This document shows, in pieces, positions 1 through 9,528 of a stretch of DNA of 64,000 bases (position 1 is the first letter of the stretch; every line of letters begins with the position of its first letter). The DNA comes from a virus (lineage: Duplodnaviria > Heunggongvirae > Uroviricota > Caudoviricetes). The stretch is taken from the IMG/VR virus record IMGVR_UViG_2721755662_000004. One strand, 5' to 3'. The position numbers were made by a program, and so were the translations under genes. The notes beneath the pieces were generated by a model. The model ran no database searches. It had not been told where the DNA came from and saw nothing but the letters and a program-made list of their open reading frames with translations.

Positions 1-190
1 GGCAGGCTTCTTCGAAAGTGACATCTGGCATATCCCCCAGTCTGTCTACTCGCCAGAGTTCTGCTTTTCGCTTGTCGTGCAACTCCTGAGCTTGCCGCTT
101 GTCCTTTGTGCCAAGAGACTCCTTAATTCGCTTCCCGCCCGGGAGCGAGTACGAGGCGTACCATATTTCACCTCTGCGGAAGAGTGACAT
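1..190 (-). CDS. int: Tyrosine integrase, N-terminal 63 codons only (gene continues left of window)
   Basis: Minus-strand ATG at 190 gives [48 protein letters not shown], typical P22-type integrase N-terminus; lies downstream of xis. Confidence 0.65.
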   Translation of the reverse strand, partial: MSLFRRGEIWYASYSLPGGKRIKESLGTKDKRQAQELHDKRKAELWRVDRLGDMPDVTFEEAC

Positions 191-417
191 TTTCTTTCCT
201 CTGTTATGCCATCACCCGCGCTCACCTGGACAGTATGCAGCGGTGAATGAAGTGCTGCAATGCAGGCTTGCCGGGTTGTGAGATAAGGTGATCTTTTACC
301 GGAAGAATTTTTTCGGGTTGCCTGTAGTCGGCCCGTTCGTATCCAGTTAACAGCTGTTGGCCTTGATATCTTGAGAAACTTACAGGCCTCTTTGAGGGTG
401 ATACTGTGTGAATCCAT
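46..417 (-). CDS. xis: Excisionase-like HTH protein; 3' end overlaps int start and true end uncertain
   Basis: From internal ATG at 417: [33 protein letters not shown], excisionase/AlpA-type HTH; immediately upstream of int. Confidence 0.5.
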   Translation of the reverse strand: MDSHSITLKEACKFLKISRPTAVNWIRTGRLQATRKNSSGKRSPYLTTRQACIAALHSPLHTVQVSAGDGITEERKCHSSAEVKYGTPRTRSRAGSELRSLLAQRTSGKLRSCTTSEKQNSGE

Positions 418-451
418 ATTTTCGCCATTAAAAACCGCCCGAAGGCGGTTG

Positions 452-703
452 TCAGTTGATTGATATGCGGCGCATTTTTCGAAGGCTGGCAATATGCTTT
501 TCCTTCTCAATTTCTGCTTTAATCATGTGTAGTTCGTTGTGATCGATTCGCTCAAATTCTGCATTAAATGCGCTAATTGAAGCGGCTCTGGTTCTCCCAT
601 CCAGCCTGCGGAAGATTACCTGCGTCAGAGTGATTTTGCAGACTTCAACCGGATAGTTGTTGGCATCGACGAAAGACTGCCCGCGCTGGATTAGAACGAA
701 CAC
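452..703 (-). CDS. Hypothetical small protein (PL operon)
   Basis: 83-aa ORF between exo and xis, same strand as operon. Confidence 0.35.
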   Translation of the reverse strand: MFVLIQRGQSFVDANNYPVEVCKITLTQVIFRRLDGRTRAASISAFNAEFERIDHNELHMIKAEIEKEKHIASLRKMRRISIN

Positions 704-754
704 CGGTAGTATTCCTTAATTGTCATATCATTTGCACCTCGTTGCTACTGGCTA

Positions 755-1432
755 TCACCATTGCTCCCCAAATACAAAACCAATTTCAGCCAGTGCCTCG
801 TCCATTTTTTCGATGAACTCCGGCACCATCTCGTCAAAACTCGCCATGTACTTTTCATTCCGCTCAATCACGACATAATGCAGGCCTTCACGCTTCATGC
901 GCGGGTCATAGTTGGCAAAGTACCAGGCATCTTTTCGCGTCACCCACATGCTGTACTGCACCTGGGCCATGTAAGCCGATTTTATTGCCTCGAAACCACC
1001 GAGCCGGAATTTCATGAAATCCCGGGAGGTAAACGGGCATTTCAGTTCAAGGCCGTTGCCGTCACTGCATAAACCATCGGGAGAGCAAGCGGTGCGCATA
1101 CTTTCGTCGCGATAGATGATCGGGGATTCAGTAACATTCACGCCGGAAGTGAACTCAAAGAGGGCTCTGGCGTCGTTCTCGTACTGTTTTCCCCAGGCCA
1201 GCGCTTTAGCGTTAACTTCCGGAGCCACACCGGTGCAAACCTCAGCCAGCAGGGTGTGGAAGTAGGACATTTTCATGTCAGGCCATTTCTTTCCTGAGCG
1301 GGGTTTTGCTATCACGTTGTGAACTTCTGAAGCGGTGATGACGCCGAGCCGTAATTTGTGCCACGCATCATCCCCCTGTTCGACAGCTCTCACGTCGATC
1401 CCTGTACGTTGCAGGATAATGTCCGGTGTCAT
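755..1432 (-). CDS. exo: Lambda-type exonuclease (Red alpha)
   Basis: 225 aa, near-identical over its length to lambda Exo as recalled ([43 protein letters not shown]...). Confidence 0.95.
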   Translation of the reverse strand: MTPDIILQRTGIDVRAVEQGDDAWHKLRLGVITASEVHNVIAKPRSGKKWPDMKMSYFHTLLAEVCTGVAPEVNAKALAWGKQYENDARALFEFTSGVNVTESPIIYRDESMRTACSPDGLCSDGNGLELKCPFTSRDFMKFRLGGFEAIKSAYMAQVQYSMWVTRKDAWYFANYDPRMKREGLHYVVIERNEKYMASFDEMVPEFIEKMDEALAEIGFVFGEQW

Positions 1433-2214
1433 GCTGCTACCTTCTGCTCTGTGACTTTCTGTTTCAGGAATCCAAGAACCTTCACAGCTTCAGCCTGTGT
1501 TAGTTCTGAAGATGTGTAAATGTTGCGGCGAAAAATCTGGGAACAGAGCGGCAACAGGTCGTCATCCCACGTTTTTTCCATGGAAGTAAGAAGGGCGTTA
1601 ATTTCCGACATGGTTTCTTCGTTAACCGGGGTGATGTCGCGTTCCGGCTGACGTTCTGTAGTATATGCAGTATTTTCGACAATACGCTCGGCTTCATCCT
1701 TGTCATAGATGCCAGCAAATCCGAAGGCCAGGCGAGCACACTGAATCATGGCTTTGTGCCGTAACATCCGTTTGGGATGCGACTGCCACGGTCCGGTGAT
1801 TTCTCTGCCTTCGCGGGTTTTGAATGGTGCGCGGCGACATTCATCCATCCACTCGGTAACGCAGATCGGGTGATTGCGATCTTTGCGGTAAATCCGGCAT
1901 GTACAGGACTCATTGTCCTGCTCAAAGTCCATGCCATCAAACTGCTGGTTTTCATTGATAATGCGGGACCAGCCATCAACGCCAACCACCGGAACGATGC
2001 CGTTCTGCTTGTCAGGGAAGGCGTAAATTTCTTTCGTCCAGGGATTAAGGCCGTACTGGTTGGCGACGATCAACAATGCGATAAATTGCGCATCGCTGGC
2101 ATCACCTTTAAATGCCGTCTGGCGAAGAGTGGTGATTAGTTCCTGTGGGTCGACAGAATCCATGCCGACACGTTCAGCCAGCTTCCCTGCCAGCGTTGCG
2201 AGTGCTGTACTCAT
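1429..2214 (-). CDS. bet: Recombination protein Bet (Red beta, single-strand annealing)
   Basis: 261 aa, lambda Bet-like ([67 protein letters not shown]); overlaps exo start. Confidence 0.95.
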   Translation of the reverse strand: MSTALATLAGKLAERVGMDSVDPQELITTLRQTAFKGDASDAQFIALLIVANQYGLNPWTKEIYAFPDKQNGIVPVVGVDGWSRIINENQQFDGMDFEQDNESCTCRIYRKDRNHPICVTEWMDECRRAPFKTREGREITGPWQSHPKRMLRHKAMIQCARLAFGFAGIYDKDEAERIVENTAYTTERQPERDITPVNEETMSEINALLTSMEKTWDDDLLPLCSQIFRRNIYTSSELTQAEAVKVLGFLKQKVTEQKVAA

Positions 2215-2219
2215 CCGTT

Positions 2220-2516
2220 TTATACCTCTGAATCAATATTAATTTGGTGACGGGCGATGGTTTCAGCCATGTAGCGGATGTGTTCTGCCATGCGTTCCTG
2301 AAAATCGACATCGTCATCAAATGCACGGGAAATAGCTTTTTTGCTGGCCCCGTGACGTTGCAGATTATCGATGCATAGCGATTCAAACAGGTGTTGGGGC
2401 AGACCTTTTTCCAGGTCGTCTGCCAGCTCAGCTTCAGTTTCTTCACGGGCAATTTGCTGGTAGTGTCGTGCCCATGACTGCTCTTCAATGCGATCGGGGA
2501 TAAGCCAGGCATTCAT
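2220..2516 (-). CDS. gam: Gam, RecBCD inhibitor
   Basis: 98 aa; matches lambda Gam C-terminal core ([44 protein letters not shown]...DIDSEV). Confidence 0.9.
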   Translation of the reverse strand: MNAWLIPDRIEEQSWARHYQQIAREETEAELADDLEKGLPQHLFESLCIDNLQRHGASKKAISRAFDDDVDFQERMAEHIRYMAETIARHQINIDSEV

Positions 2517-4585
2517 GATTTATCACCTTCGAAATTTTCAAGCCTGTTGGCAATCATGATGGCGATATCAGGGATTGCTGGCGCTGTGGCTATACATGCG
2601 GGGTTGGCGCACAAACCATAGACGGCGGCAATCACGAGCTGTCTTTTCCAGTCGAGAGTTACTGGCTCAGAATTGGCGTCATCGCCGGACGTATCACTGC
2701 CTGGCTCGTTCTGAACAACGGTTTCGCCCTCCTGAGCGGCATCAACAGAGTTTTCCTGAATGATCTTCTCCTCAGTTTGTGCTGAGTCTTCTCCATCAGC
2801 GGCGTCATTTTCTCCAAAAGTTTCAGCGTAAGTTTCATCTCCCATTACTGGACCACAGTCAGGGCAATGGCCGCCACCGTTCTGACTGCATGTGGTGCAA
2901 ACCTTTTCCACTTCCTGTTGCATTACTGGCCCTGGCTGTTGCTCTTCTGGCCCGTTTTGTTGCGTATCCGGGCTGTTTTGTCCCGCTTCTGGGGCAATTT
3001 GTTCCACTTTGGGCTGATTCTGGTCCTCAGTGTCGCGAGTCTGGATCCCCTTCACCCACTTCGGATCAGCAGGGTTACTGATGCCTTCAACGAATTCTCC
3101 ACGCGAGGCAGCCAGTAATTTGTCGGCATCGACTGGATTTTTTGGGGGGATGTTTTCCCTGGCTTTATTGAGTTCCTCCCTCAGTTCCTGGTATTTCGTT
3201 TCTACAGATGAGACATTTTCCAGTGATTGCGTGTCCTCATTATGTTTAACTGGAATTTCTTCCACTGATTCAGGCGCTGCCTGTTCATTAGCCATTGTGT
3301 CCGATGTTTGTTGCTTTTCTTCATCGCCATGTTTTCCTTCTGCTGTTCCGCGCTGCGGCATCGGTGCTGATGAGCGACCGCAGGCAATTTCCACGATTTC
3401 CGGATCCGGGTTAGCGTGATCGGTTTCGGTCAACACTTTGTTGAGATATTCAGTCACGCGTGCCGGGATGGCCTCAATGCCGATTGGTGCTTCTTTCACG
3501 GAAGCCACCACAATGGCGCGGGAATAATCCAGCCCACCGGGCATGGCGATAAATTTGTCGCGAAAAACAGAAAAGGGCGGCTTATTCTCTGACACGATTT
3601 CTTCAACGCGTTTTGCGTGTGCTGGGTGCAGGTTATAAATATCCACATCCATTGAACGGGCCAGAACGCCGGTGGCTACATCTCGTGCGAGTGATGTCTT
3701 ATCATGTTTGAATCCTTCACCACGATCGGTAATATTTCCGCCGCCAGCGTTAGCACCGGAAGGCGTACGGGTAATGCCTGAAACATAATTTCCGTTCTGC
3801 CATTCTTTTGTCAGCAGGCCCTGATCAAGGTAGTCAGTTTTCATCCAGGTGGAAATGAACTTGTCGAATTCAGCCGGGCTGATGCGATGATTTGCAGAGT
3901 GGGGGAATGCTTTCCCTACAGATTCAGCCAGGCGACTAAGGTGATAGTTCGTCAGTTTATCCAGTTCATGATGCGCGGCGCGCACAGCAGTAAGCAGGCT
4001 CTGAAGGTAACTGTCCTCTGTGTCCATCTCCATACGGATCACGTTATTGCGTTGTTCTGGTGTGGCATGATGCCGGTATTTTCCATCTTCATCTTTGCTG
4101 AATAAGAAGAGGTGAAGGAAGCGATGAGTAAGGCTCAGAGTGGCGACGGGAATTTCACACTCAGAACAGTCATCGTCGCTGTCCGGGGATTCGCTTTTCT
4201 CCACATCATCCGGAATAGTTCCGTCCAGGTTATCGTTGTCATCGCCAGCAGTTGTGGCATCTTCACCGTTGATGTTGTCATCGAAGGGGATAGCCATCAT
4301 GGTGATGCCATCGTTACCGCCTTTTTCATAGCGGTTGCAGAATTCAGTATCAAACACGCCTTCCGGTGGAAGGTCATTCACGACGGGGAAATTTACGCGA
4401 ACGGGTTTTTTGAAATCATCCTCGTCGTAGCCTGCATCGTCCATGGCTGCAATGCAGCGGGAAACTGCGACAGAAAGTTTTCTGGCCTCGGTCCAGAAAA
4501 AACCGCCTTTGATGCCAAGGCGTTTTCTGACTTTATCGTTTTTTGCTTCGCAGTGTAGTGCAAAAGTCTGTTTATCAGCGCTCAT
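2513..4585 (-). CDS. Large acidic hypothetical protein with C-x2-C-x7-C-x2-C motif, in kil/cIII position
   Basis: 690-aa ORF translationally coupled to gam; long Asp/Glu-rich tracts; [16 protein letters not shown] motif; hydrophobic C-terminal tail; no ATPase or nuclease motif seen. Confidence 0.7.
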   Translation of the reverse strand: MSADKQTFALHCEAKNDKVRKRLGIKGGFFWTEARKLSVAVSRCIAAMDDAGYDEDDFKKPVRVNFPVVNDLPPEGVFDTEFCNRYEKGGNDGITMMAIPFDDNINGEDATTAGDDNDNLDGTIPDDVEKSESPDSDDDCSECEIPVATLSLTHRFLHLFLFSKDEDGKYRHHATPEQRNNVIRMEMDTEDSYLQSLLTAVRAAHHELDKLTNYHLSRLAESVGKAFPHSANHRISPAEFDKFISTWMKTDYLDQGLLTKEWQNGNYVSGITRTPSGANAGGGNITDRGEGFKHDKTSLARDVATGVLARSMDVDIYNLHPAHAKRVEEIVSENKPPFSVFRDKFIAMPGGLDYSRAIVVASVKEAPIGIEAIPARVTEYLNKVLTETDHANPDPEIVEIACGRSSAPMPQRGTAEGKHGDEEKQQTSDTMANEQAAPESVEEIPVKHNEDTQSLENVSSVETKYQELREELNKARENIPPKNPVDADKLLAASRGEFVEGISNPADPKWVKGIQTRDTEDQNQPKVEQIAPEAGQNSPDTQQNGPEEQQPGPVMQQEVEKVCTTCSQNGGGHCPDCGPVMGDETYAETFGENDAADGEDSAQTEEKIIQENSVDAAQEGETVVQNEPGSDTSGDDANSEPVTLDWKRQLVIAAVYGLCANPACIATAPAIPDIAIMIANRLENFEGDKS

Positions 4586-4692
4586 TGTATTTAAACCTCT
4601 GGCTGGATTAGAATTAGCGACCCTTTGTCTGATTTCTCCGAATACGGTGACGCAGGGAGAAATCCGGTAGCCTGCGCTGCCGGATTTTTATT

Positions 4693-5079
4693 TCAGTGGA
4701 AGGTTGCCTGGTTTGCTGTTTTGTGAGTTGTTTTTCCCTTTTCGTGCTGGCATTCAGGGCAGTCGCACTCAGAATTTTCTCTTGCAAACTCAAGAGCCTG
4801 TGCAAGTGTATGGATTTGTTGTACTCCAATGTTGCTTCTGACAACTTCACGTGCAGCATGAATATATGGGCTTGGTGTTTTGCCATTTAACCCACATAAA
4901 ACAAAACGACTGTCCTTATATTCGTTATTTCCAACTTCTGTAAGCACTGAAAAAGAAAATACAAAGTCGATTTTGTATTCTTTGCATATTTTACTGATGC
5001 GTTCTGCAATTTCTTTGAGTTCATTTATTGCATCAGGACTGGTTTTGGAAAATATTTCATTTTGCGCAAGTTCTTTCAT
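4693..5079 (-). CDS. Hypothetical Cys-motif protein (AT-rich accessory gene)
   Basis: 128-aa ORF in AT-rich stretch; C-terminal ECDCPECQHEKGK motif. Confidence 0.45.
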   Translation of the reverse strand: MKELAQNEIFSKTSPDAINELKEIAERISKICKEYKIDFVFSFSVLTEVGNNEYKDSRFVLCGLNGKTPSPYIHAAREVVRSNIGVQQIHTLAQALEFARENSECDCPECQHEKGKTTHKTANQATFH

Positions 5080-5162
5080 TTTGATTTTTCCGTGATTGAT
5101 AATTAATGCGGTTTTATTTCGGCTTGTCTGTTACAGATATGGAAGGTGTATTTTATTACTCG

Positions 5163-5402
5163 TCACAACGACGCTGCTTTTACGGGTAAGCCATCGCGCC
5201 CGATGAAAACTTTAATCATGCAGTCGGTAATGCATGTTTTTGTTGTGAAGTTACGAATATAGAGTTTTCTCTTTTCAATATTGTTTGCTGAAGCGATATA
5301 TGTCCGACCTTCATGAAGAACATAATCGCCAGGCGTCACGCACTGACGTGGTATTTCATCAGTTCCGAAGTGATGAGCAATCATAATTATCTCCATTTTC
5401 AC
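5163..5402 (-). CDS. Hypothetical protein
   Basis: 79-aa ORF, AT-rich, same strand as PL operon. Confidence 0.35.
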   Translation of the reverse strand: MKMEIIMIAHHFGTDEIPRQCVTPGDYVLHEGRTYIASANNIEKRKLYIRNFTTKTCITDCMIKVFIGRDGLPVKAASL

Positions 5403-5840
5403 AAATGAACTTTGTTGATGCGGTGCCTGGTGCCTCCAGGTGACGTTAACCAGTTAACAACTAACGCCGGGTCAGGGGACGATGACTTTCCGTGACATCC
5501 TGTCGGTTTAACTGTTCCGCGTGCGCATAGCCGCATTCACCGCATCACAAAATTCACTTTAAAAAGGGCGGACATCAGCAATCGGCAAACCGATATCCGC
5601 CAAGGGTTACACACAGCAATGTTGTTATTCACAACCGGAAGCGCACGGTCGAAGAAATCTAACGACAATCCTTCTATGGGAAAGAGTCTTCGCCTCGCGC
5701 TTTCGTGTAGTACCCTGGCTTTCAGGGTAATGTCTGTTCAGTAAACTGAGAGTGCAGGAACTCACCCGTGTCCGGCGCACGATCTCCACCTCACCCGTGG
5801 AGAACTCCTCAACTACAAACCCCGTAAGGAGAGTGAATTT

Positions 5841-6050
5841 ATGACACAAGAAGAAAAAGTGATGTTTCTGATGCGGCTGGCTGTCGATACTTACAACACA
5901 CAATTTACGGAGAAAGATATACCTCAAAAGGCAGTTCCTGCCGCGGTAGATAAGGGCGGTGCTATTGCCGTATTTTACGATGCATTTGAATCATTTTTTA
6001 ATGAAAAACTCGACGCTGTTAGCGACTTCGGAACATCGAGTAATAAATAA
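5841..6050 (+). CDS. Hypothetical small protein (opposite strand to PL operon)
   Basis: 69-aa ORF with AAGGAG-like SD 8 nt upstream of ATG; preceded by about 430 bp of non-coding sequence. Confidence 0.4.
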   Translation: MTQEEKVMFLMRLAVDTYNTQFTEKDIPQKAVPAAVDKGGAIAVFYDAFESFFNEKLDAVSDFGTSSNK

Positions 6051-6399
6051 CGTTCATTACGGTTCTTAAACAACAATCAGTGGGCTTGATGTTGTTCTTT
6101 TCAAGCTCACTTGCCATCACTTCCATTATTCTTGCACTTACACGAATTATTTGGTGGCTGTAAGCGACGCAACTGTCGCTGATATTGCTGTTTATTTCTA
6201 TTACTTCATTTTCACTGGCGGCGCTAAATTTGGATATGCCGTTTCCATTGTCCTGTTTCAGTGCTGTTTCCGCTATCCGGATGCGTTCCTGCGTTGCGGA
6301 ATTTGGGCTAAGTCGATAAACCTGTCTGGCATCTTCCAGAAGCAGGGCGATAATGTGCTTCAGTTCTGTTTCATTCATAGTTAACTCCGGTAGTTGCAA
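6019..6399 (-). CDS. Hypothetical protein
   Basis: 126-aa ORF convergent with 5841..6050. Confidence 0.4.
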   Translation of the reverse strand: MQLPELTMNETELKHIIALLLEDARQVYRLSPNSATQERIRIAETALKQDNGNGISKFSAASENEVIEINSNISDSCVAYSHQIIRVSARIMEVMASELEKNNIKPTDCCLRTVMNVIYYSMFRSR

Positions 6400-6409
6400 T
6401 TTATTAATA

Positions 6410-6595
6410 TCAGGCGGTCAGCTCTTTAAGCTTCTGAACTGCTTTATTCATTTCATCCATACAGTCGATGAATTCGTCCAGTTTAAGCTGCATTTTTCCG
6501 GCGGCCTGAAGAATTTCAAGTTTTAAGGGCGCAAGTTTTTTGTTGTAATCGACGCAGGTTATTAACTCGCGGCCAGTAATATTTTGGCTTGGCAC
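6410..6595 (-). CDS. Hypothetical small coiled-coil-like protein
   Basis: 61-aa ORF; overlaps 3' end of 6516..6800 in another frame so only one may be real. Confidence 0.3.
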   Translation of the reverse strand: MPSQNITGRELITCVDYNKKLAPLKLEILQAAGKMQLKLDEFIDCMDEMNKAVQKLKELTA

Positions 6596-6800
6596 GAGAT
6601 CCGGGTCTTGAACCTACACAAACTATATAGCTCTCTTCTTTCCTCGGAAGGCCAGGTGCATCTAGCAGACGGCCTAGTTCGAATTTTTTTACGTTGACAC
6701 CAGGAGGAATCACCTCGACGATAAACCCGATTTTTACCTTCGTTACACCGTTTGATGAGCTTGACCATTTAACTTCATCGTTCAATTTGAACTTCATCAT
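6516..6800 (-). CDS. Hypothetical protein immediately downstream of N
   Basis: Internal start MMKFKLNDEVKW... directly after N stop; protein-like N-terminal half. Confidence 0.35.
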   Translation of the reverse strand: MMKFKLNDEVKWSSSSNGVTKVKIGFIVEVIPPGVNVKKFELGRLLDAPGLPRKEESYIVCVGSRPGSRAKPKYYWPRVNNLRRLQQKTCALKT

Positions 6801-6805
6801 TAACC

Positions 6806-7111
6806 TCAATCGTAATAAGCCGGAATTGATTTTCCGCGTTGTTTCTGGCGGCCTGAGCAAGTCACACCCATTTCACTGCGTGGTTTGCGGTAGTAAATAC
6901 GGTTCTGTTTACTCTCGACTTCTTCTGCCTTCTTGCAGCGAAGGCTTCCGAGTGATACTGCTTTGTCTGCTCCGACGCAACCAGAGATCTTTAGCGCAAT
7001 CTTCCGTGTCAGTCTTTCACTACTGCGCCGCTCTGCAATAAGTTCTTCCCTGCGAGCTTTATAGCGGCTTTTTGCCGTACCTTTGGATTCTTTCCAGATT
7101 ATGGTTACCAT
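6806..7111 (-). CDS. N: Antitermination protein N (phage 21 type)
   Basis: From ATG at 7111 with GGAG SD: MVTIIWKESKGTAKSRYKARREELIAERR..., C-terminus GVTCSGRQKQRGKSIP resembles lambda N C-terminus GITCSGRQKIKGKSIP. Confidence 0.85.
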   Translation of the reverse strand: MVTIIWKESKGTAKSRYKARREELIAERRSSERLTRKIALKISGCVGADKAVSLGSLRCKKAEEVESKQNRIYYRKPRSEMGVTCSGRQKQRGKSIPAYYD

Positions 7112-7221
7112 GATGGTCTCCTTTAAGTGGCTTTGGTGTATGACGCGTCGAGGTGTTTTTCTTCTCGATCGCGGCCTTGCAACTGAAATTCGCGTCATCC
7201 CCAAAACCACTTAGATTTTGG

Positions 7222-7262
7222 TCTCAACGGTTAGGTTGAGAGTCCATCAATGTTAAAGAGCC
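7222..7262 (-). promoter_or_regulatory. nutL: boxA (GGCTCTTTAACA) followed by boxB hairpin (TCTCAACCTAACCGTTGAGA) on the leftward transcript
   Basis: boxA consensus-like element then 7-bp stem hairpin about 110-150 nt upstream of N. Confidence 0.55.
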
Positions 7263-7304
7263 GGCCAATCTGTTCCGTTTGGCTTCCAGCGTCCTGCTGT
7301 TGAA

Positions 7305-7350
7305 TTGAAGATAACCTAAGTTATCTGGTTGTGCAATAACTATATTTATC
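7305..7350 (-). promoter_or_regulatory. pL-like promoter (TTGCAC-17-TATCTT) with embedded operator ATAACCTAAGTTAT
   Basis: Sigma70-like -35/-10 on minus strand with 14-bp inverted repeat in spacer; same half-sites as OR sites. Confidence 0.45.
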
Positions 7351-7444
7351 ATTTTATGAAAAACGTTATAAATGACTGATAACAAAAATATTTTATTTTT
7401 TGTGGTATCCGCGTGATATTTTCAAGGGGGAAAGGCTGATTGTT

Positions 7445-7666
7445 ATGGGTGATTGCATGTTAATCGAAGGGGAATTTGGTGTGTTGCACCAGCGGGTAGT
7501 CGAAATTCTAGGGGTGTCGTTGCTTGAGGTTATTGCTACTGGGGAAGCTATTTCAGCAGATGCTATTGCGGGAATGATCCGAGTGCTTCACCATGATGAA
7601 TTGGATGATCTCGCTGTGAAGTTAGCTATAGATGTGTTACTTCAGGATATGCGACTGTGTAATTAA
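7445..7666 (+). CDS. Hypothetical acidic 73-aa protein between N and cI, opposite strand
   Basis: ATG at 7445 preceded by AAGGGGGA; MGDCMLIEGEFGVLHQRVVEILG...; convergent with cI. Confidence 0.4.
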   Translation: MGDCMLIEGEFGVLHQRVVEILGVSLLEVIATGEAISADAIAGMIRVLHHDELDDLAVKLAIDVLLQDMRLCN

Positions 7667-7668
7667 GT

Positions 7669-7700
7669 AAATAAAACCCGGCACTGGAGCCGGGGGGATT
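7669..7700 (-). terminator. Intrinsic terminator downstream of cI (minus strand)
   Basis: CCCGGC-loop-GCCGGG hairpin followed by TTTTATTT when read on minus strand. Confidence 0.5.
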
Positions 7701-7819
7701 TAGAAATGGCATTTTATGAATTGGCTACTTGGCGAATGGTTTACCATCGGTGGTATTGAGCACAATAAAAGGCCGTTCTTCGTGAGTGTTCTTATAGCAA
7801 AAGTTCAGTTGGAGTCTGA

Positions 7820-8527
7820 TTACCAGCTATGTGATGACCAGAACACTCGCCCTATGATTCTTACGTTTTTGTAGAATTCTTCTCTGTTCATTACTTCATC
7901 AGGATACTCTTCGCGGTTTATCGATCTGATAATTACCGATGTTGGCGTGGCTATGAGCGTTTTTACCCTTAACAAATCAGCTTGGCAAATTGCATATGTT
8001 TTACCATCCCTGATGCTCGTATCTTGCGTGTTTACCCCCACCACATCACCATCATGGAGTGTTGGCTCCATGCTTTGCCCAACAACCCTGACCAACTTTG
8101 CCGCTTTTTCTGGAACTCCCATTTTTTTCAGGTAATAGCGCCTAAAAACTAGAGAGAATTCTGCGGACTCCTCCAATGCACAACTTCCTCCGCCAGCTGA
8201 AAGTGAAATATTTAGAAGGGGGAGCGCAACAAATTCTTCATTATCATTTTGATGATCATCCCAGGCGATAGCTTTTAAAGATGATTCCCGAGCATTAGAT
8301 GGCTCTTCTGCGCTCTGTGGTCTCATTGACCCTATACCAGAGCTTAGCCATTCAGGGCGAACTCTTAACGCGTTGGCTAATTCGACCATTTTACGTGATC
8401 CGGTTGTTTTACCAGATGACATCTTTTGTATGGCTGGTTGTGATACCCCCACCATGTCTGCAAGTTGTGCTTGTGACAACCCGGCTGAACTCATGGCGGC
8501 ATTTAGTCTTTCTGCGAATGTTTTCAT
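7820..8527 (-). CDS. cI: CI-type repressor (XRE HTH plus S24 LexA-like peptidase domain)
   Basis: 235 aa; N-terminal HTH (LSQAQLADMVGVSQPAIQKM), C-terminal VVGQSMEPTLHDGDVV Ser protease motif; divergent from cro. Confidence 0.9.
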   Translation of the reverse strand: MKTFAERLNAAMSSAGLSQAQLADMVGVSQPAIQKMSSGKTTGSRKMVELANALRVRPEWLSSGIGSMRPQSAEEPSNARESSLKAIAWDDHQNDNEEFVALPLLNISLSAGGGSCALEESAEFSLVFRRYYLKKMGVPEKAAKLVRVVGQSMEPTLHDGDVVGVNTQDTSIRDGKTYAICQADLLRVKTLIATPTSVIIRSINREEYPDEVMNREEFYKNVRIIGRVFWSSHSW

Positions 8528-8534
8528 ACCTGTA

Positions 8535-8605
8535 ATCTATAACCACGGTTATCAAAAGTAAAACAACAATTGTTATTGCCCTGGTGTATAACTCATGTTA
8601 TTTTT
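8535..8605. promoter_or_regulatory. OR region: three operator-like inverted repeats (ATAACCACGGTTAT, ACAACAATTGTTAT, ATAACTCATGTTAT) with divergent promoters
   Basis: Three 14-bp sites with ATAAC/GTTAT half-sites spaced 24-25 bp centre to centre between cI and cro. Confidence 0.55.
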
Positions 8606-8637
8606 GGTTATGCTTTATTTGCTGTAGAGGTATGCTC

Positions 8638-8862
8638 ATGAATTTAGTGATTCAGCGAGCCTTGAATATTGTTGGCAGTCAAAAACGACTTGCAGCTGAT
8701 TGCGGCGTATCACAGCCCGCTGTTCATAAATGGTTGCGAGGCGGAAAAGTTTCTCCTGAAAAAGTTTTCGCTATCGTTAATGCCACCAATGGTCAGGTTA
8801 AGGCTTACGAAATTCGCCCGGACTTACCGCACCTGTTTCCTCATCCGAACCAGGCTGAATAA
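8638..8862 (+). CDS. cro: Cro-like HTH repressor (YdaS/Cro family)
   Basis: ATG at 8638 after GAGG SD; MNLVIQRALNIVGSQKRLAADCGVSQPAVHKWLRGGKVSPE...; divergent from cI. Confidence 0.75.
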   Translation: MNLVIQRALNIVGSQKRLAADCGVSQPAVHKWLRGGKVSPEKVFAIVNATNGQVKAYEIRPDLPHLFPHPNQAE

Positions 8863-8869
8863 GTAACAC

Positions 8870-8911
8870 CGCTCTTTAACATTGCTGGTCGTTCACCTCT
8901 AACAGGGTGAG
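8870..8911 (+). promoter_or_regulatory. nutR: boxA CGCTCTTTAACA plus boxB hairpin TTCACCTCTAACAGGGTGAG
   Basis: boxA-like element then hairpin just downstream of cro stop. Confidence 0.55.
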
Positions 8912-8978
8912 CAAACATCAGTGGCAAACCCATTGGGGATTGCCGCTTAACCCCATATCAATATAGGAAAATTAACAA

Positions 8979-9275
8979 ATGTCACAAACAAGTTACAGCA
9001 AACTGTCACAGCGCGATATCGATCGCGCTGAAACGGATTTACTTATCAACCTGTCAGCTCTGACGCAAAGGGGACTGGCGAAGATGATTGGCTGCCATGA
9101 ATCGAAGGTCAGTCGTACCGACTGGCGATACATCGCGGCGATTTTATGCGCGTTCCAGATGGCATCTGATATCAGTCCGATCAGCCGGGCTTTCCAGCAT
9201 GCCATTAACGTTCATGCAAATAAAAAACGTCCGGTTGGGGCCGGACGTTCTGAGCAAATCCTGATGAACATCTGA
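8979..9275 (+). CDS. cII: CII-like transcriptional activator
   Basis: 98 aa; C-terminus ANKKRPVGAGRSEQILMNI resembles lambda CII TNKKRPAATERSEQIQMEF. Confidence 0.8.
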   Translation: MSQTSYSKLSQRDIDRAETDLLINLSALTQRGLAKMIGCHESKVSRTDWRYIAAILCAFQMASDISPISRAFQHAINVHANKKRPVGAGRSEQILMNI

Positions 9276-9345
9276 TATTCAGGCAGGGCATGGAGCAATA
9301 CACGGGAATAATTCTGCCACATCTGGAAGAATTTCGCCAGCAACA

Positions 9346-9495
9346 ACACCAACCGCAGCAGCCTGAAGCCGATTGGGTTAACCCGGAGATACCGGGACCG
9401 TCTGTGAAGATGTGCAGTCACACCAATGTGCAGTCACACCAACCGCAGCAGCCTGAAGCCGATTGGGTTAACCCGGGAGATACCGGGACCGTCTG
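9346..9495. repeat. Two direct copies of a roughly 59-bp repeat (CCAACCGCAGCAGCCTGAAGCCGATTGGGTTAACCCGG...GGGACCGTCTG); putative origin iterons
   Basis: Copies at about 9346-9404 and 9436-9495; third diverged copy inside replication gene. Confidence 0.6.
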
Positions 9496-9528
9496 CGGTA
9501 TGGAGTAAATCTTGTATGCGAGGGGACT

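Noticed and set aside
99-428. Plus-strand 60-aa ORF (99..281) and minus-strand 68-aa ORF (222..428) at the int-xis junction
   Set aside because: Both overlap the integrase N-terminus or the excisionase HTH in other frames; the HTH-containing frame and the P22-type integrase frame explain the region
2575-4558. Plus-strand ORFs of 60-150 aa antisense to the 690-aa gene
   Set aside because: Embedded within a long minus-strand ORF that is translationally coupled to gam; no start signals
9290-9508. 72-aa ORF with internal peptide repeat (HQPQQPEADWVNP twice)
   Set aside because: The repetition is at the DNA level (iteron-like direct repeats) and the ORF lacks a convincing SD; more likely non-coding origin repeats than a protein
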